Origin: Cenococcum geophilum
Lineage: Eukaryota
Length of the DNA: 64,000 bases
NCBI GenBank assembly: GCA_050273025.1
Contig: CP158635.1
Location: 25,668,001 to 25,732,000 of the forward strand
Direction of reading: 5' to 3'
Shown: piece by piece, positions 11,626 to 25,000 of the stretch
Layout: each line of letters starts with the position of its first letter
Numbering within the stretch: position 1 is the stretch's first letter
Position numbers and translations under genes: made by a program
Notes under the pieces: model-generated
The model's database searches: none
Seen by the model: only the letters and a program-made list of their open reading frames with translations
Told to the model about the DNA's origin: nothing

Positions 11626-13740
11626 TCTAATCACTTTTTACTTTTAATAGCCTATTAATCTAACCTAGAATATAGTTATTAAAAATTTTCTATATTACGC
11701 TTTATTTTAGGGTAAAGATAAGAGCTAAAGCGTATAGCTATAGAGGTACGTTTTTAAAGTATTGCTTAATTTCTTAAAATAAAGCGCTTTATATTACAAA
11801 AAAAGCTAAATATCTTAATGCTTTACTTTAACTATATAATAAGTAAATATAAAGTAGTATAACTAATAAAGCAACTAAGAGATTTCTTATATTTATAAGT
11901 AATTATAAGCTATTAATTATATAAATACCTTTTAATACTTCTCTAATAAGGCTTATAGCTTCTAGCTAGTAAAGAAAGATCTTTTATAAAAACTTATATA
12001 CTATATTATTGTTATAGATTTAGCTTTAACTCTACCCTAAATAATATACCTAATATTAGTAGTTATATTAGACTTTAGATAGTAGATAGTCCGCTATACT
12101 CTATTTATTAATATTACTTTTTAAAGTTTTAGGTATTAGGAGGTTATATATATTTTACCTTAAACCCTTTAAGCTAGATATTAGTTAAAGGTACTTACTA
12201 GCTAGTATCTTATCCGTTTCTTTCCTATTTATTTAGTATAGGTTCTTTTTACACTTTTTAGGATTAATAAGAAAGTTATAAAAAGAAAGGTATAGAAGCC
12301 TTAAAAGCATATCCCTATTAATAGGGATGCTAAAGATAAAATATAATAAGTCTAGCCTATACTTAATATCCTTTTTAGATATTTAGAGAAGGTATATAAG
12401 TAAGGTTATAAAGAGAGAACTCTTTAGAATAATAATACTCCTAACTATTTCTCTAAATTTAATAATCTGCCTTATCTTTATTATTAAATAACTAGTTTAG
12501 AATAGGGAGGTACGTTCTATTAAGCTTTAAAATATAGTATACCGTTTAATATTAAAGTATAATAGCTAAGCGCTCTTTAGGATTATTTTACTAATCTCTA
12601 ATATATTAATAGGCTGTAGTAGTAAAGATAAAAAAAATAGAATAGCTAGCTTAACTAGTGCCTAAATTTAGTCCTTACTAGGCTAGCCTAAGGATAGTAA
12701 GCGCTACTTTTATACTACATTAAGCTTATATTCTAAGAAGAGAGCTATATTATATTTAATTGTTTTCTTTAATATATTATAAAGAATTAGGTCCTAGTAT
12801 ATTCTATTTAATATTTTTTAAAAGCTAAGATAAATAGGGAGCTCCGGTCTACTTATTATAAAGACTTATAATAACGCTAGCTTAAAACCCTTAGTTTTTA
12901 AAAAGGTTTAAAATTTGCTTATATACCTTTATCTCGCTTATATTTATCTAACGTGTTTATTATAATAACTAATTCTAAAGCTTAAAGAGGTTCCGCTTTT
13001 AAGAGTAGCTAGAAAATTAACTTCTTAAACTGGTTTTTAAGAGCCTTCTTAGAAATATCTAGGTTAGTATTAATTATTTTCCTAATACCTAATCTTATTC
13101 CTAGTATATAACCTATTAAATCTAATAACAAATTATATAGCGTTATCGTGCTTTTCCTTACTTCTCTTAAAAAAGAAGCTAGCCTTTAATTAATATTAGT
13201 TAGCAAATAACTAGGTAATAGTTTATATAATTATAGACTTTCCAGTACCCGCTATACTATTTAGCTAGAATATAGGTTTACCATTTCTATTCTTCGCCTA
13301 TTCCGTTATTTAACTTAGTAGCTTAACTAATATATTGCTAAGATATCTTAAATTATATATTTTTTTATATTATTACGGCACTGTTATAGACCTAGTTAGG
13401 GACTTGGCTAGAGCCTTGGCGCTATATATATAGACGTGTCCTTTCCTTAACCTTTTTCTAGTCCTTATTTTGGAATTCTAGTTTACTAGCTACTAATAGA
13501 CTTTGTTTTTTTTTAACTAAGCCTCTTTATATATAAGAGTTAAAAAAAACCCTTCTTTTACAATTAGTAGGTTAATTAACTTATTATCTTTAATCTCTTT
13601 ATAAAGTTAATTTAACGCCTTTTACTGCCCTTTGCCGTAGATAAGCAGTATATAAATATTAAAAATGCCTAGTAGAGAGTATGCTATATATTTTTATATA
13701 TTTTATCTAGCGTTTTACTACCTATAATATACGCTTATTT
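11045..13740 (-). pseudogene. NACHT-WD40 NLR (HET-E/HNWD-like), RIP-inactivated, C-terminally truncated
   Basis: Minus strand: 'GKPIFWLNGMAGTGKSTI' (~13285-13230), 'VIVIDALDEC' (~12970-12940), then highly similar WD40 repeats 'TLEGHSSYVNAVAFSPD.QLVAS.S.DNTVRLWEAATG'. N-terminal domain not identified. Confidence 0.92.
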
Positions 13741-13869
13741 ATACTAAAATAAGATAAAGGCCTTTCTTCGTTAGGAAAAATTTTACCAGCATTTTTGCAG
13801 CATTTGGCGGCATTTAGCGACTAAATGCGTAATTCGCGCACTGTAACGTGTAGCGTATAGTATTAACTT

Positions 13870-14150
13870 AGGTGCGGCATACTGCCGCATCTAATAACGT
13901 AGTGCAGTATACTACCGTATCTAGTAACGCGGTGTAAGCATACTGCCATATCTAATAACGTGGTATAGTATTCTGCCGCATCTAATAACGCGGTATAGCA
14001 TTCTACCGCATCTAATAACGCGGTACAGCATTCTGCCGTATTTAATAACGTAGTATAGTATACTACTATATCTAGTAACGCGGTATAAGTATACTACCGC
14101 ATTTAATAACGCGGTGCAGTATACTACCGCATTTAATAACGCGGTACAGC
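13870..14150. repeat. 30-bp quasi-palindromic tandem repeat (~9-10 copies)
   Basis: Unit TACTGCCGCATCTAATAACGCGGTGCAGCA with RIP variants. Confidence 0.9.
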
Positions 14151-14284
14151 TAATTACGTATTTATAGCTACCTAGATAAGTAGTGCCTTTATTTTATTAA
14201 GCTCTCTATATTTAATACGTAATTAATATATAATACCCCCCTTACGTATTCTATATATCTTACTTACTTTAAGTAATAGATAAG

Positions 14285-14525
14285 CGTTACTCTTTCTACG
14301 CACTTAATAGTATTTACTCTTTCTACGCACTTAATAGTATTTACTCTTTCTACGCACTTAATAGTATTTACTTAATCTACGTGGTTAGTAGTATTTACCT
14401 ATTCTACGTAATTAGTATACTTTATTTAGTCTACGTAGTTAGTACCCTTTACTTATTCTACGCAGTTAATACCCTTTACTTATTTTATATAGTTAGTATT
14501 CTCTACTTATTCTATGCGCCTAGTA
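14285..14525. repeat. ~27-bp tandem repeat (~9 copies, degenerating)
   Basis: Unit TTTACTCTTTCTACGCACTTAATAGTA. Confidence 0.85.
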
Positions 14526-14629
14526 TATACTATATAAAGAATATATTTTAACCTAATAGTAGTATAGTATAACCTTAATATGCCTAATAACGCCCTTTAG
14601 TTAACCTGCTATTTTAAGTTTAATATTTA

Positions 14630-16620
14630 CATAAGTCCTACTATAATAGTAGCACCGTACTATTAAACCCCTAATTGTCTTTATTCTTGCTATTATTTTT
14701 ACTATTATTTTCCCTATTTATCCCACTGCCTTCTCTACTCTTATCCTCTTTATTACTATTATTTTCCCTATCTATTCCACTACCTTCTTTACTCTTATCC
14801 TCTTTATTAGCAAATTTTAATATTACTAATCTATCTCCACTCCGTAGGCGGGCCTTTACATCCTTTAATATAGCACTATTTATAATATCTATAACCTTAG
14901 ACTTGCTAGTAAAAGTATACCGTAAGATATAGTAATTAATTCCTATTTCCTATTTATTATTACCTTAAATTTATTTAAGGCGTGCTTAGATAGCGTTAAT
15001 GTTATAGTTATATAGTATTAAAATTATCTTATTAGTATACTGCGAGAAGGAGACCTTATATATAGTTTTAAGGTTTATTCTTTATAATAAATACGCTAGT
15101 CTACTATTGTCCTATTATATTATCTTTATTAGCCCGCATATAATAATTAAAATAGTATAATATTGTAATATAGGAAACGGTGGGAAAGTGCTATAGTATA
15201 TAGCGAGTATTGTAATATAATATTATAATATAATTAATGTAATATTATATGTTTATACTTATAGTATACGGTTATTAAGTAAACCCGTTATTATACTTAG
15301 GATCTAGTTCCTCTAAATCTTCTATAGTATTTTTAAACGGATCGCTAATTACCTATTAAGTCTATAGTATCTTATCTCTGGTTATATTTTGTATCTTATT
15401 AACTTATTATAGAAGTAGCCTACATAGCCTTTTATTATACTTAGGTTAGTAGCTCTTTTAGGTATTTTATAGTTGCTCCCAACTATCTATAATACGCTTT
15501 AGTAAGTATAGTAAGAGGCTTTCTATGGATTTACCTATAATTATAGCGTTGGCTTTAAACTTATAAATAACTTATATTCCGCTTCTATAGTCCTTAAGAG
15601 TATATTAAATTGCTATATATATAAGCTATATTATATTAGCTGTAATAGGCAAAAAGAGGTTAGTACTATTTTTATTAAGGGTAAGTAACCTTAGCCTAGT
15701 ATTAAAGAATATATACTTAATATAATATATAATAATTAGTGCCCTAAATCTTATCTCTCTATTCTAGCCTTAGTTAGTTAGGTATAATAAAAGGTAGAGT
15801 ACTAACCGGGCTACTAAGTATAAAGCGGTTATCCTTAAGTAGTTCCGCTACTTCCTCTACTATAGCCTTAGTATTTAGTTTAAGGTAGTTATAGCTCTTA
15901 GTAATAGTATTGCGCACTACGTTTATTATATAACACTAAAATACGCTAAGCTAGTTATATAGCTGGAAAATTAGTTAGTATAGTGCTACTAAATTTAAGG
16001 ACTGCGAACCTTATATACCGCTAGCCCCAGTAATATACTTAATACTCTATTTATTAGATTTTTATAACGGTCTATAATAGCAATTACCTCTTTCTATATC
16101 TGCTTTATTAGTGTATTTAGACCGCTTATATTTATTTCTAGTTAGGGAAAGAGATAGAGCTTTTTAGGTATAGAGCCTGTTATTACTTATATAATAAGAC
16201 GTGTCTAAGCGATATTATATATCTTTATATTAACTAGGCTAAGTAGCTGCTTTATATATTGTCTAAAGTTATTCTATAGCGGTTATTTATTTAAGTAATA
16301 TATACGTTTTTTTAAAGTGTGAGTTTTAGATGTCTTGCGGTTGCTTAGGGTTTATAGGCTTTTATCTAATAAGAACGGGACTATCCGTTAGGATAACGTT
16401 ATTAAAATTAATAATAATAGGTTATACTATAGCATATTAATAACAGCCTTACCTTTTAATAGAGATAGTTATAGTATAGAGCCCGATATTATCCCCTTTA
16501 AGATTTAGATTATTTTAGAAGCTACTACTTAACTTATAGCGTCTTTGTTTACTTTTTTACGGAATGGGTAGAGGATAAGTATATTAGTTTAGTAGAACTA
16601 TTTGGCTTTTATACGCACCT
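14630..16620 (-). pseudogene. Unknown ORF relic downstream of the Plavaka transposase, acidic C-terminus
   Basis: Codon-like texture on minus strand; a duplicated 54-bp D/E/S-rich block at ~14690-14810. No recognisable domain. Confidence 0.4.
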
Positions 16621-16649
16621 TACTTCCCTAAAAAACGCTAAATAGTCTA

Positions 16650-19600
16650 AAGTCTTATACCTAATATGCTTTAAATAACGACCTAGTTAACTTTTATAAT
16701 ATAAATTAGGTATTTCTTACTAAGTATATAAAAAGGAGCTTTAATAAACTTATAATAATAAGTTAGGAGGGCGGCCTAACTATTTATTAGGCTTTATAAC
16801 AGAGCGATTAGATTACCTTACTATGGCATAGGGTCCTACTTTATATAATATTTTTTCTATATCGCATAGAAGCCTAGTTCCTCGCAATATTTGCCTACTC
16901 TTAAGGTAGATGGTACGGTATATAAGATATAAAGGGTAGCTAGCGCGTAAAGGGCGATATATAGTAGTATTATATTCTAGTTTATTATAGTCGCGGCAAT
17001 TTACCCCTTTATTATAATCTAGCGCCACTAGTTATAACTTACCACTATTTTAGCTAAGTCGTATTTATTTACCGCCTAGTATAAGCCTATTTCCTTATAT
17101 ATATATTAACCTATAACCTATTTATTCGCTCGAAATCTTTATTATATATAGTATTATATATATCCTAATTGCTATAGTTATTTATAAAGAAACAGTTTAT
17201 AACGTTAATATCTGTTAGTATAAGTAAGATGGGCCTTATAATATAGTTAATGTTATATATCTAGAGGGCATCTAGCGTATATTTCGTCCTACTGTTAAAT
17301 AGCTTTATACTCTACACTCTAAGCATTCCGGTTTTTATGTTAATCTTACTATTATTATAAACTTAGAGGGTCTCTACTAACGCACTGGCGTATTTTGGGT
17401 ATTTACCCTTACTATTTAATTGCCTAGTATCCTAGATTATAAGTAGTAAATAAAGCCTCCCTACTTTATTACTATAGAGGCTGTTATTTACCCGCTTATA
17501 TTCTTATATTATTATAGTATTATAGTAGGGGGCTCTAGTATTAGCCTATAATGGGGTATATTAAGTAAATACCTTATTAAGCTTATTAGTGTTAGTAGTA
17601 TCCTTTTTAAAGTGAATATAGTATATAACGCTATAATATATACTTAAGGGCATCTTTAATACCCAATTATTATTGGCCTTTAGTTAGTTAACGTCCTAGT
17701 CTATTTACTAGATTCCATTAATCTACTTATAGCATTCCCTTATAAAGGGGGCTAGTTTAGATATAAGGTCGGTAATCTCTATTTGGCACTATACCTCCTT
17801 AACTATACGCTAGATAGATATATTAATTTTTTAATCTTAAAGTGTCTAAGTTATATAGTTATTAAAGTTCTATATATATAAGCGATGTGCGTATATATTA
17901 ACTATAGGGCCTAGTTATATTGTCTATATTACGCTTATTAGGTCTACTATATTAATTATATTAGTTAACGCCTATAGCTTAAGTTCGTTCTAAAGTATGG
18001 TGTTAAGATATATAGTATTATATTATAGCATCTACTCTTTATAGTTGTTCCGTTTATTAGTTCTGCGGTAGAATACCTTTTATAGCTTATATACTTGCTC
18101 TAAATACTCTATATTTATGCCTCCAATTACTTTTAATTACTAAATACTCTTTAGATAGTGGGTAATAGTATATAGCTTAGGAATATTAAAGTGTAGTAGT
18201 TCTGTCTTGCTTAATTAAAATAGAAGGAATATATTCTTTATCTTGTCTATTTTATAAATAGCTACTACTAGGTACCGGATAGTTAATTCGTTATATAATA
18301 TATATTAAGATAGTATAGTAAAGTCTATAAACGCCTAGATAAATAGTATAGCGCCTTTATTCTATTTTAGTAAGGGTATTATAGTAGGGACCAATTATTA
18401 TAATAGAGATTTATATATCTTTTTTATTTATTGGCCGACATTTACCTAGCTATCCTATACTATTATATTAGTAAATTATTCCACCTATACAAAGCGGGTA
18501 GTAATAAGTGTATTAATATTTAATATCTCCTAGCCGCAACTATCTATACGCGGGATATTAAGGCCCTAATATTTTCTGGCCTGTATTTTGCTTTATATAA
18601 GCCCCTTAATCTAGTATATAAGATGTTTACTAGTAAGGCCTTTAAGCACCTAGTGCAAAAAATTAGGCGCTATTATCTTATAAATATTAGATAGATTATA
18701 GCCTTATATAAAGTTATAGAACGGCTAAATATAATCTAAGTTATCCTTTTTATTAGTATCGCAACCTTCCTACTACATTTATATTTGGTCTTTTGTTAAT
18801 TAGTATATACAAAACGGCCATAGTCGCTAGATAGTAGTTATTAGATTATACCGTTTATTTATATATATATAATAAGTTAAATATTTACAGCTATTTTTAA
18901 TACCTATAAGCGTGACCTATTTTTTATAATTAGCTATAAATATAGCTAGAAATAGAAAGCAGTATTAATTCTAGCTATTCGCGTATAGGAGATATACTCC
19001 TTCTTTACTAGCTTTCTCTAACGCTGTAGGCATTATTAGCATAACTATACTAGTAGTAGGGTTGTCGCTAAAGTATACGTTTAAGGATAGCCGTAAGGGT
19101 CTTATATTACACTGCTAGTTATATTATTTAGTTACTAGGTATATAGACTAGGAGGTATATAAGCAGTAATAGGGCTAGTTAATTTACGGATTGTTAAATA
19201 TATAGTTTAATATTTCCAATTAAAATATAAAGCGGCTATACTTTTTTGCCGCCGGCGTGTTGTATTAGTTAAGTCTTATCGCTAGCTAATATAATTGGCA
19301 CTATAGTTACGCTAAGCGGTAGCTACTTTTGCGTCTCCTACTACTAGTCTACCGTATTAAGCTTATTATATATTCTTATTCCTACTAATAAGTACTACCT
19401 TACTAGCGAGAAAGTTATATTTCCTTAGAAAGGGCCGTAACTAATAAGGAAGGACACAATCTTTAGAGCATTTTGGTAACATACTAGCAGCTACTAGTCC
19501 CCTACGGTTATAATTATTTTAATCTACTACGGTTAATTACTCTTAGATTGTATCTATTTTAAAAGTAGTTTTGCTTTAATATTATTAGCACTCTAATAAG

Positions 19601-20400
19601 AAAAATAGTTAGTAAACACTCCTTAAAGCCTAATATTATTAAACTACTCGTTAATAGCGCGGTTAGAAGTCTTATAGCTTACCTACTATAAGACCTATAT
19701 ATATTCTACCTTACTACTAAACGGATAAAATAGGGGAGGTGTCTTATCTAGTATACTACTAGTACGCTTAATACGCGGCATAATGTCGCATACTGCTGTA
19801 ATATTGTCCGCAGTTTATAGATTTCCTTAGTTCCGTCCTAGAGGCTTTTCTATAGCACAGCTAGTGGCCTCTTTAAATGTTTTAGTTTAAAAGACGTCTA
19901 TAGATATTCTAGTTAAAGTTTACTAATCAGTCTTAACTATTACTAGGTTATATACCCTATTAAATATTATAGAATTATTATTATAGTACATATCCGCAGC
20001 CCCATTGTTTAGCTTATTAATAATAATATTATTTAAAGCTTATATAGGTGGCTACTTATTACCTTACTCTAATTCGGCCTTATAATTGGTTATATAATGC
20101 CCTTCCGAGGTTTAATAGTATAATAGTGCATTATCATCCATATATTATATAAGTGGCTACTTATTATATTACTCTAGCTTAGCCCTATAATAGGCTATCT
20201 AATACTCCTCTAAGCTTTAATAGCGTAAGGGTGTATTATTATTTATCTCTTTAATATTAACGCCCTTATATCTACCCTTCTTCCGTTTCTATTATCTTAG
20301 ACAATATTATTTATAATAGGTTAGACCGCCTATACTTTTTACTTTAGTTTTATACTTTCCATATTACCGCTAAATAGAGCTTATTTATAAATTACCGCAT
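16650..20400 (-). mobile_element. Plavaka-family transposase (CACTA/CMC-related), RIP-inactivated
   Basis: Minus-strand de-RIP: ATG at 20400, acidic N-terminus, 'FYPFSSK.EY', 'YQNALKIVSFLIGHGPF', 'RIYDELNTADWWWETQKQLP.GATVVPIILASDKTQLTQHAGGKKAWPLYISIGNI' (~19380-19205), the family signature. 3' end approximate. Confidence 0.88.
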
Positions 20401-20699
20401 TAAGCTATAATTTACTACAGTTTAGTTAGAAGGAAGCCAAAAATAACATCCGCGTGGAACCGTATGTTTAAAGTAGTATTTATAGCTTATACTACGTTAT
20501 AAGCTAGTTAAAATAGGAGGAGTATAGTAAGAGTACGGCGATGTCTGTGGATACTAACGCGCTAAATAGCGCAACCCGTTATATTTTACGCTAATTTACG
20601 CTAAATCGCGTTACGTTAGGCTAGGAGACTCTACTTATTACTAATATCGCGCCGCCTCTCTATTATACTAAGCACAAAATTCTAAATACTACTATTCCC

Positions 20700-21800
20700 T
20701 ACTTAGGATACTAGACTGTTTTTTATAATAGGACGCGATATATAATAGCGGTATGCTATAAATACGGCGTAGTATAACTCTATAAGCGCTATAGACCCGT
20801 AAAAAGATATATAGCTTATTACTGGCTTAGGCATTACTATGGAGAGACTTAATACTATTAAACGGACTTTTAAGTAGGTTATTATTAAGAACAGTATCCT
20901 ATACGTTTTATTTTACGGATAATTAAATAATTTACTACGCAAGCAGGCGATCTAGAAAGTTATTTATTAGGTAGTAGAATGCGAAAAGGTATTAGCGCTA
21001 TAGGTATATAAGGCTATGTAGAACATACTAGCCCGCGTATAGTTAAATATATATAAGAAGATAAAGGTACTAGGGCGGCCTAGTATTAACTATATAGTGG
21101 ATACGGAAAGGGGGTATATAGCTACTATAAACTTATAGAGTTTATCCTAGCTTAACTATATATAGAACTGCGGCTATAATTTTAAACGACTTATTATACT
21201 ATTTTATAAGCGGAAACTAAATAGTACGAACTTAGTCCTAAGTATAAACGTAGCCTTAAGTTTAGTGTCGCTGTCTAATGCGCCTTAAGACCTACGCACA
21301 GTCGAATATTAGCTATTAGTTAAGATGTTTTTAGAGGCTAGGGTGGATTATAATAAGGAGTAGATATAGGCCGCCTATATAGAGACTATGCCTATCCGAA
21401 ACAATAGGGCCTTAAGGGCTACTTTATTAAGGGTAGTTTATTATAGGGTAGGCTAGGTTATATTTACGGCTATCCGCAGAGATGGTATACTGGTGTCCGT
21501 TATAATTATAATATATTGCTAACGTTTATCTAGCCCTATTTTTAGCGCGATACGTTTTACTAGGCGGGCTAAAAGGTATTAATTAATTATAGCTGATCTA
21601 ATCTACGTGGAGATAGTAACTTTAGTCGAGTTTGCCTTATAGTAAGACCTCCTATTATACTAGAAAGCCCTAAGATTATTACCTATATATATAATCTTAG
21701 GTTATCCAAATATAGTATAATAAATTGCCTTTACTATAGGCTCTTTTATTGGGGGCAACTATATAGATATTATATTTATTTTATGTTTTACTAGCTAGTA
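20700..21800 (+). pseudogene. Unknown ORF relic between the Plavaka gene and the SF1 helicase
   Basis: One plus frame over ~20970-21770 is open apart from RIP-type TAA/TAG stops; no domain recognised. Confidence 0.45.
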
Positions 21801-22059
21801 GCTAGTATAGTAAAATAGGTATTATTCTAAGGGCCTATAGTATTAGCAACAAGTTTCTTAAGATATAGTAACGGCGTGCTAATACTAGGAATAGTATACC
21901 TAATATAAGTAGAAAAGGGCGTTAGGTTATATTACCTTAGTAGTAGCTATAGTAAGAAAAGGATTAAATCCTATTTAAGGTTATTATAGTTTAGCAAAAA
22001 TAGAGGCAGCCTATACTATACGGAGAGTAATTAATAATAGTTGCGGTTACTAGTAAGAT

Positions 22060-25000
22060 ATTTAGACTATAATCTAACTGGTTAAGTACTTAGGGAATAT
22101 TTGGTTGTAAGTTTAAATTAAAATAAGGGCTTTAGAATGGAGTTAATCTAAAGCTCTAATTTAATTCTAAGGTGATTATTTGGTTAAATTCTAGTTTAAC
22201 TTAACTTTAGCTATAAATTTTTAATGTTCTAAAAAACACGCTAAAAGTTACTAAAAAGTTGGCAACTTTATTATATACAGAATCTAAACCGAGGTCTCGG
22301 CGTTAGTTTAAATTAGAAGCTTAAAGCTCCTTATTTAAACTCTAGATTAAATCTAAAGGCTTTAGATTATATACGTCTATATAACCCGTAGAGCTATAAA
22401 CGTGTATTAAATCGGGAAGGAACGCGTTCTTTCTACTAGACTTTTAGTTTAGATTTAAAAGTAATAAATTATAACTAAATAACCCCTTAAAATCTGGATT
22501 ATAGATTAGCATTAATTAACCGCTAGCCTAAAAGGGATAGAAACTAGGATTACTAGGCTTTATAAATTAGGCTATTTTTACTATAATACGCTTATCTGTT
22601 TTAGAGATTTTATTTAGCTGTAATATATAATATCGCAATATACCGTATTTTATTTAGTGCTATAGCAAAATTATAAATATTAAAGGCCTATAGCTACTAC
22701 CGCTCTTAACTTTTATCTAGTGTTTTTATTTAAGGGTCTTATTACTAGTAAAGTCTATAATATTTATCCTTACTACCCTCTTTATGTTCCGATACCACTA
22801 ACATCCTTTTTATCATCGTTATCCTTGTTATTATTACCGGCACCACCCTAGCCGTTATTATTAGCGCCCTCTCTATTAGCCTTATTTTACGCTTCGGTAT
22901 AATTACCAGTGCTACTAATATTTGCTATACCCGCGAAGTTAGGGATAGTAATATTAAAGTTAATGTCTATGCTATATAAAATGGGCGTATAATTGGCTGT
23001 ATGTTGGCGGTAAACACGCTATATAGTTTCGTCGACGTTAAACGGGGTAATAAGTTACTAGAAGTGCTTTTTTCGCTTAAGATTCTTAAGGTTAATAAAT
23101 ACCTTATTATCCTTATACTACTTCTTAATTTTATAATACGCGGTATTTATAAAGGTCTTATTGCTAGTATAATAATTATAGACTACTTAGGGACTATTAA
23201 TAATAATAAGGCCCGTTTATAGTCTAGTAATTATAAGAAGGTTCCTTACTATATTCTAGATAAATTTTAGTAAACTAGCGACTATTATATTATATACTAA
23301 TAACTCCACCTAGCCGCCTTAGATGCTGTCAATAGTAAAGACCTTAATCTCGCTAACTACTAGTATAAATTCCCACTACTTACTGCTATCTTACTGGGCG
23401 TAGTACTATTCTTTAAGCGCATACAGCACTGCGGAGTAGACGGTAAGTTAGGCTATATATAAAACGGTAAGGCTAACCTCTAATAGCTTAAATCTAAAGT
23501 TTATTAGCGCTATAGCTACTTAGAATACGCGTTAAGCGTAGACTAGGTTATACGTTAATTAGCTAAGCTTATTTACCTATATAGTACTATTAACGGCAAG
23601 GAAGGCGATAGGGTGGTTATAGCGTAGCACATCCTTAAAAAAGCTCGCCGCCAGCTTTAACTGCTCTTAGTTTTTAACTATTAAGCTTATCTAAAGCTGG
23701 CCGTACGGTAGGACGGTATTTATAAAATATATAATGTCTTTAACAAATTAATATTATAGCGAGAACTATACTATATCCATATTAGCTATAAGAAGATATA
23801 TATAGAGGGAGATGGATTTCTAATAGTGGAACGGATTATTAAAATCGGGACTAAGGATTGGTTTTAGTTAGTATATATTATTAAGAAGAACCTAAGGTAT
23901 AGGGTTACTAGCCTAGATCTATAGACCTCCCTAAATTAAATATAGTCTACTTTAGGCAAACCTAGCGAGATTGCCTAGCTTAGACGCCTTCCTAGCCTTA
24001 TTATAGAAAACTATATATATAGCGCTAATAGAATATACATAAGTCTATAAGACTATATTAGGTGTTATAAGAATAATATTAGCCTTCTTAGCTAGGTCTA
24101 TAATAACTACGTTAGCTACGAGTATTAATTCTATTTTATTATTTTATGTTATATTATTACTAAGCGCAAATTAGTATAAGTATTAGCGGAATTTGGCGTA
24201 TTTAGTCGTATTAGGGTCTGTAATAGGATATAGGTTTCCGTTACTATTTGGGACACCTATAAGGCGTAGTAACTACTAACCTTTAGATAAATCTATAACC
24301 TATAACCGCTTATTAAAGCTAGTGGCATTGCTAGCCTTAAACGTACGGTAGAGCAGGAATGCTATATTTAGCATAGACGCGTCCTTATTAATTATAGCAT
24401 AGTTATCCTGTTCCTTAAAATACTTAGGACGAGTATTAATACCTACCGCTGTTTGTTATATAATGGTATCCCGCTTATAGACCTTAGTTTCTGTTAAGCG
24501 TATATAGCGGTAAAGGGTAATAGGAAATTTGGCGGGACGGCCTTATGTAATTAGTGCCTTATAGTCCTCTATAAGCGTATTATTAATTATTTTACTAGCA
24601 TATTTAGTTAGCGATTAAGCGGCGACAGGACTTAGATTCTAGTAGGATCTTACTAAGGCGACCTAAGTTAATACTAGTATCGTACTAAGATAGTTAGAAA
24701 GGTTAATTTCCTAACACTACTAGGGCCTTATATTAGCAAAATACCGCCTATTATATATTTAAGCGCAGTATAGGCACCTATTTGCTCTTTGTTAAGTAGC
24801 AGTAAGACGGCCTTAAGGGCATTATTAACTAAGTTCTTCCTATACTTAGTGATATTATAGTTAAAGTAATTAATACGCGGGAGATCTGTGAAGTTATTAG
24901 ATAGCGTAATTTGGCGCTTAATATAGAAACTATTACCTCCTTACTATAAGTGGTATAGAGTGTTAATCTCTTAGGAGATTTTAACCTTAGGGATACGCTT

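Noticed and set aside
13839..13850. CACTGTAACGTG as a CACTA-type TIR
   Set aside because: No convincing partner with matching TSD; TTACAGTA at 61529-61536 is too short and its flanks disagree.
11045..14525. CRISPR-like regularly spaced repeats
   Set aside because: No unique spacers; these are coding WD40 repeats and plain minisatellites in eukaryotic DNA.
24120..24220. Apparent AT-rich insertion within the SF1 helicase
   Set aside because: Translates in frame on the minus strand into the segment leading to 'ADIILATP...HDEAG'.
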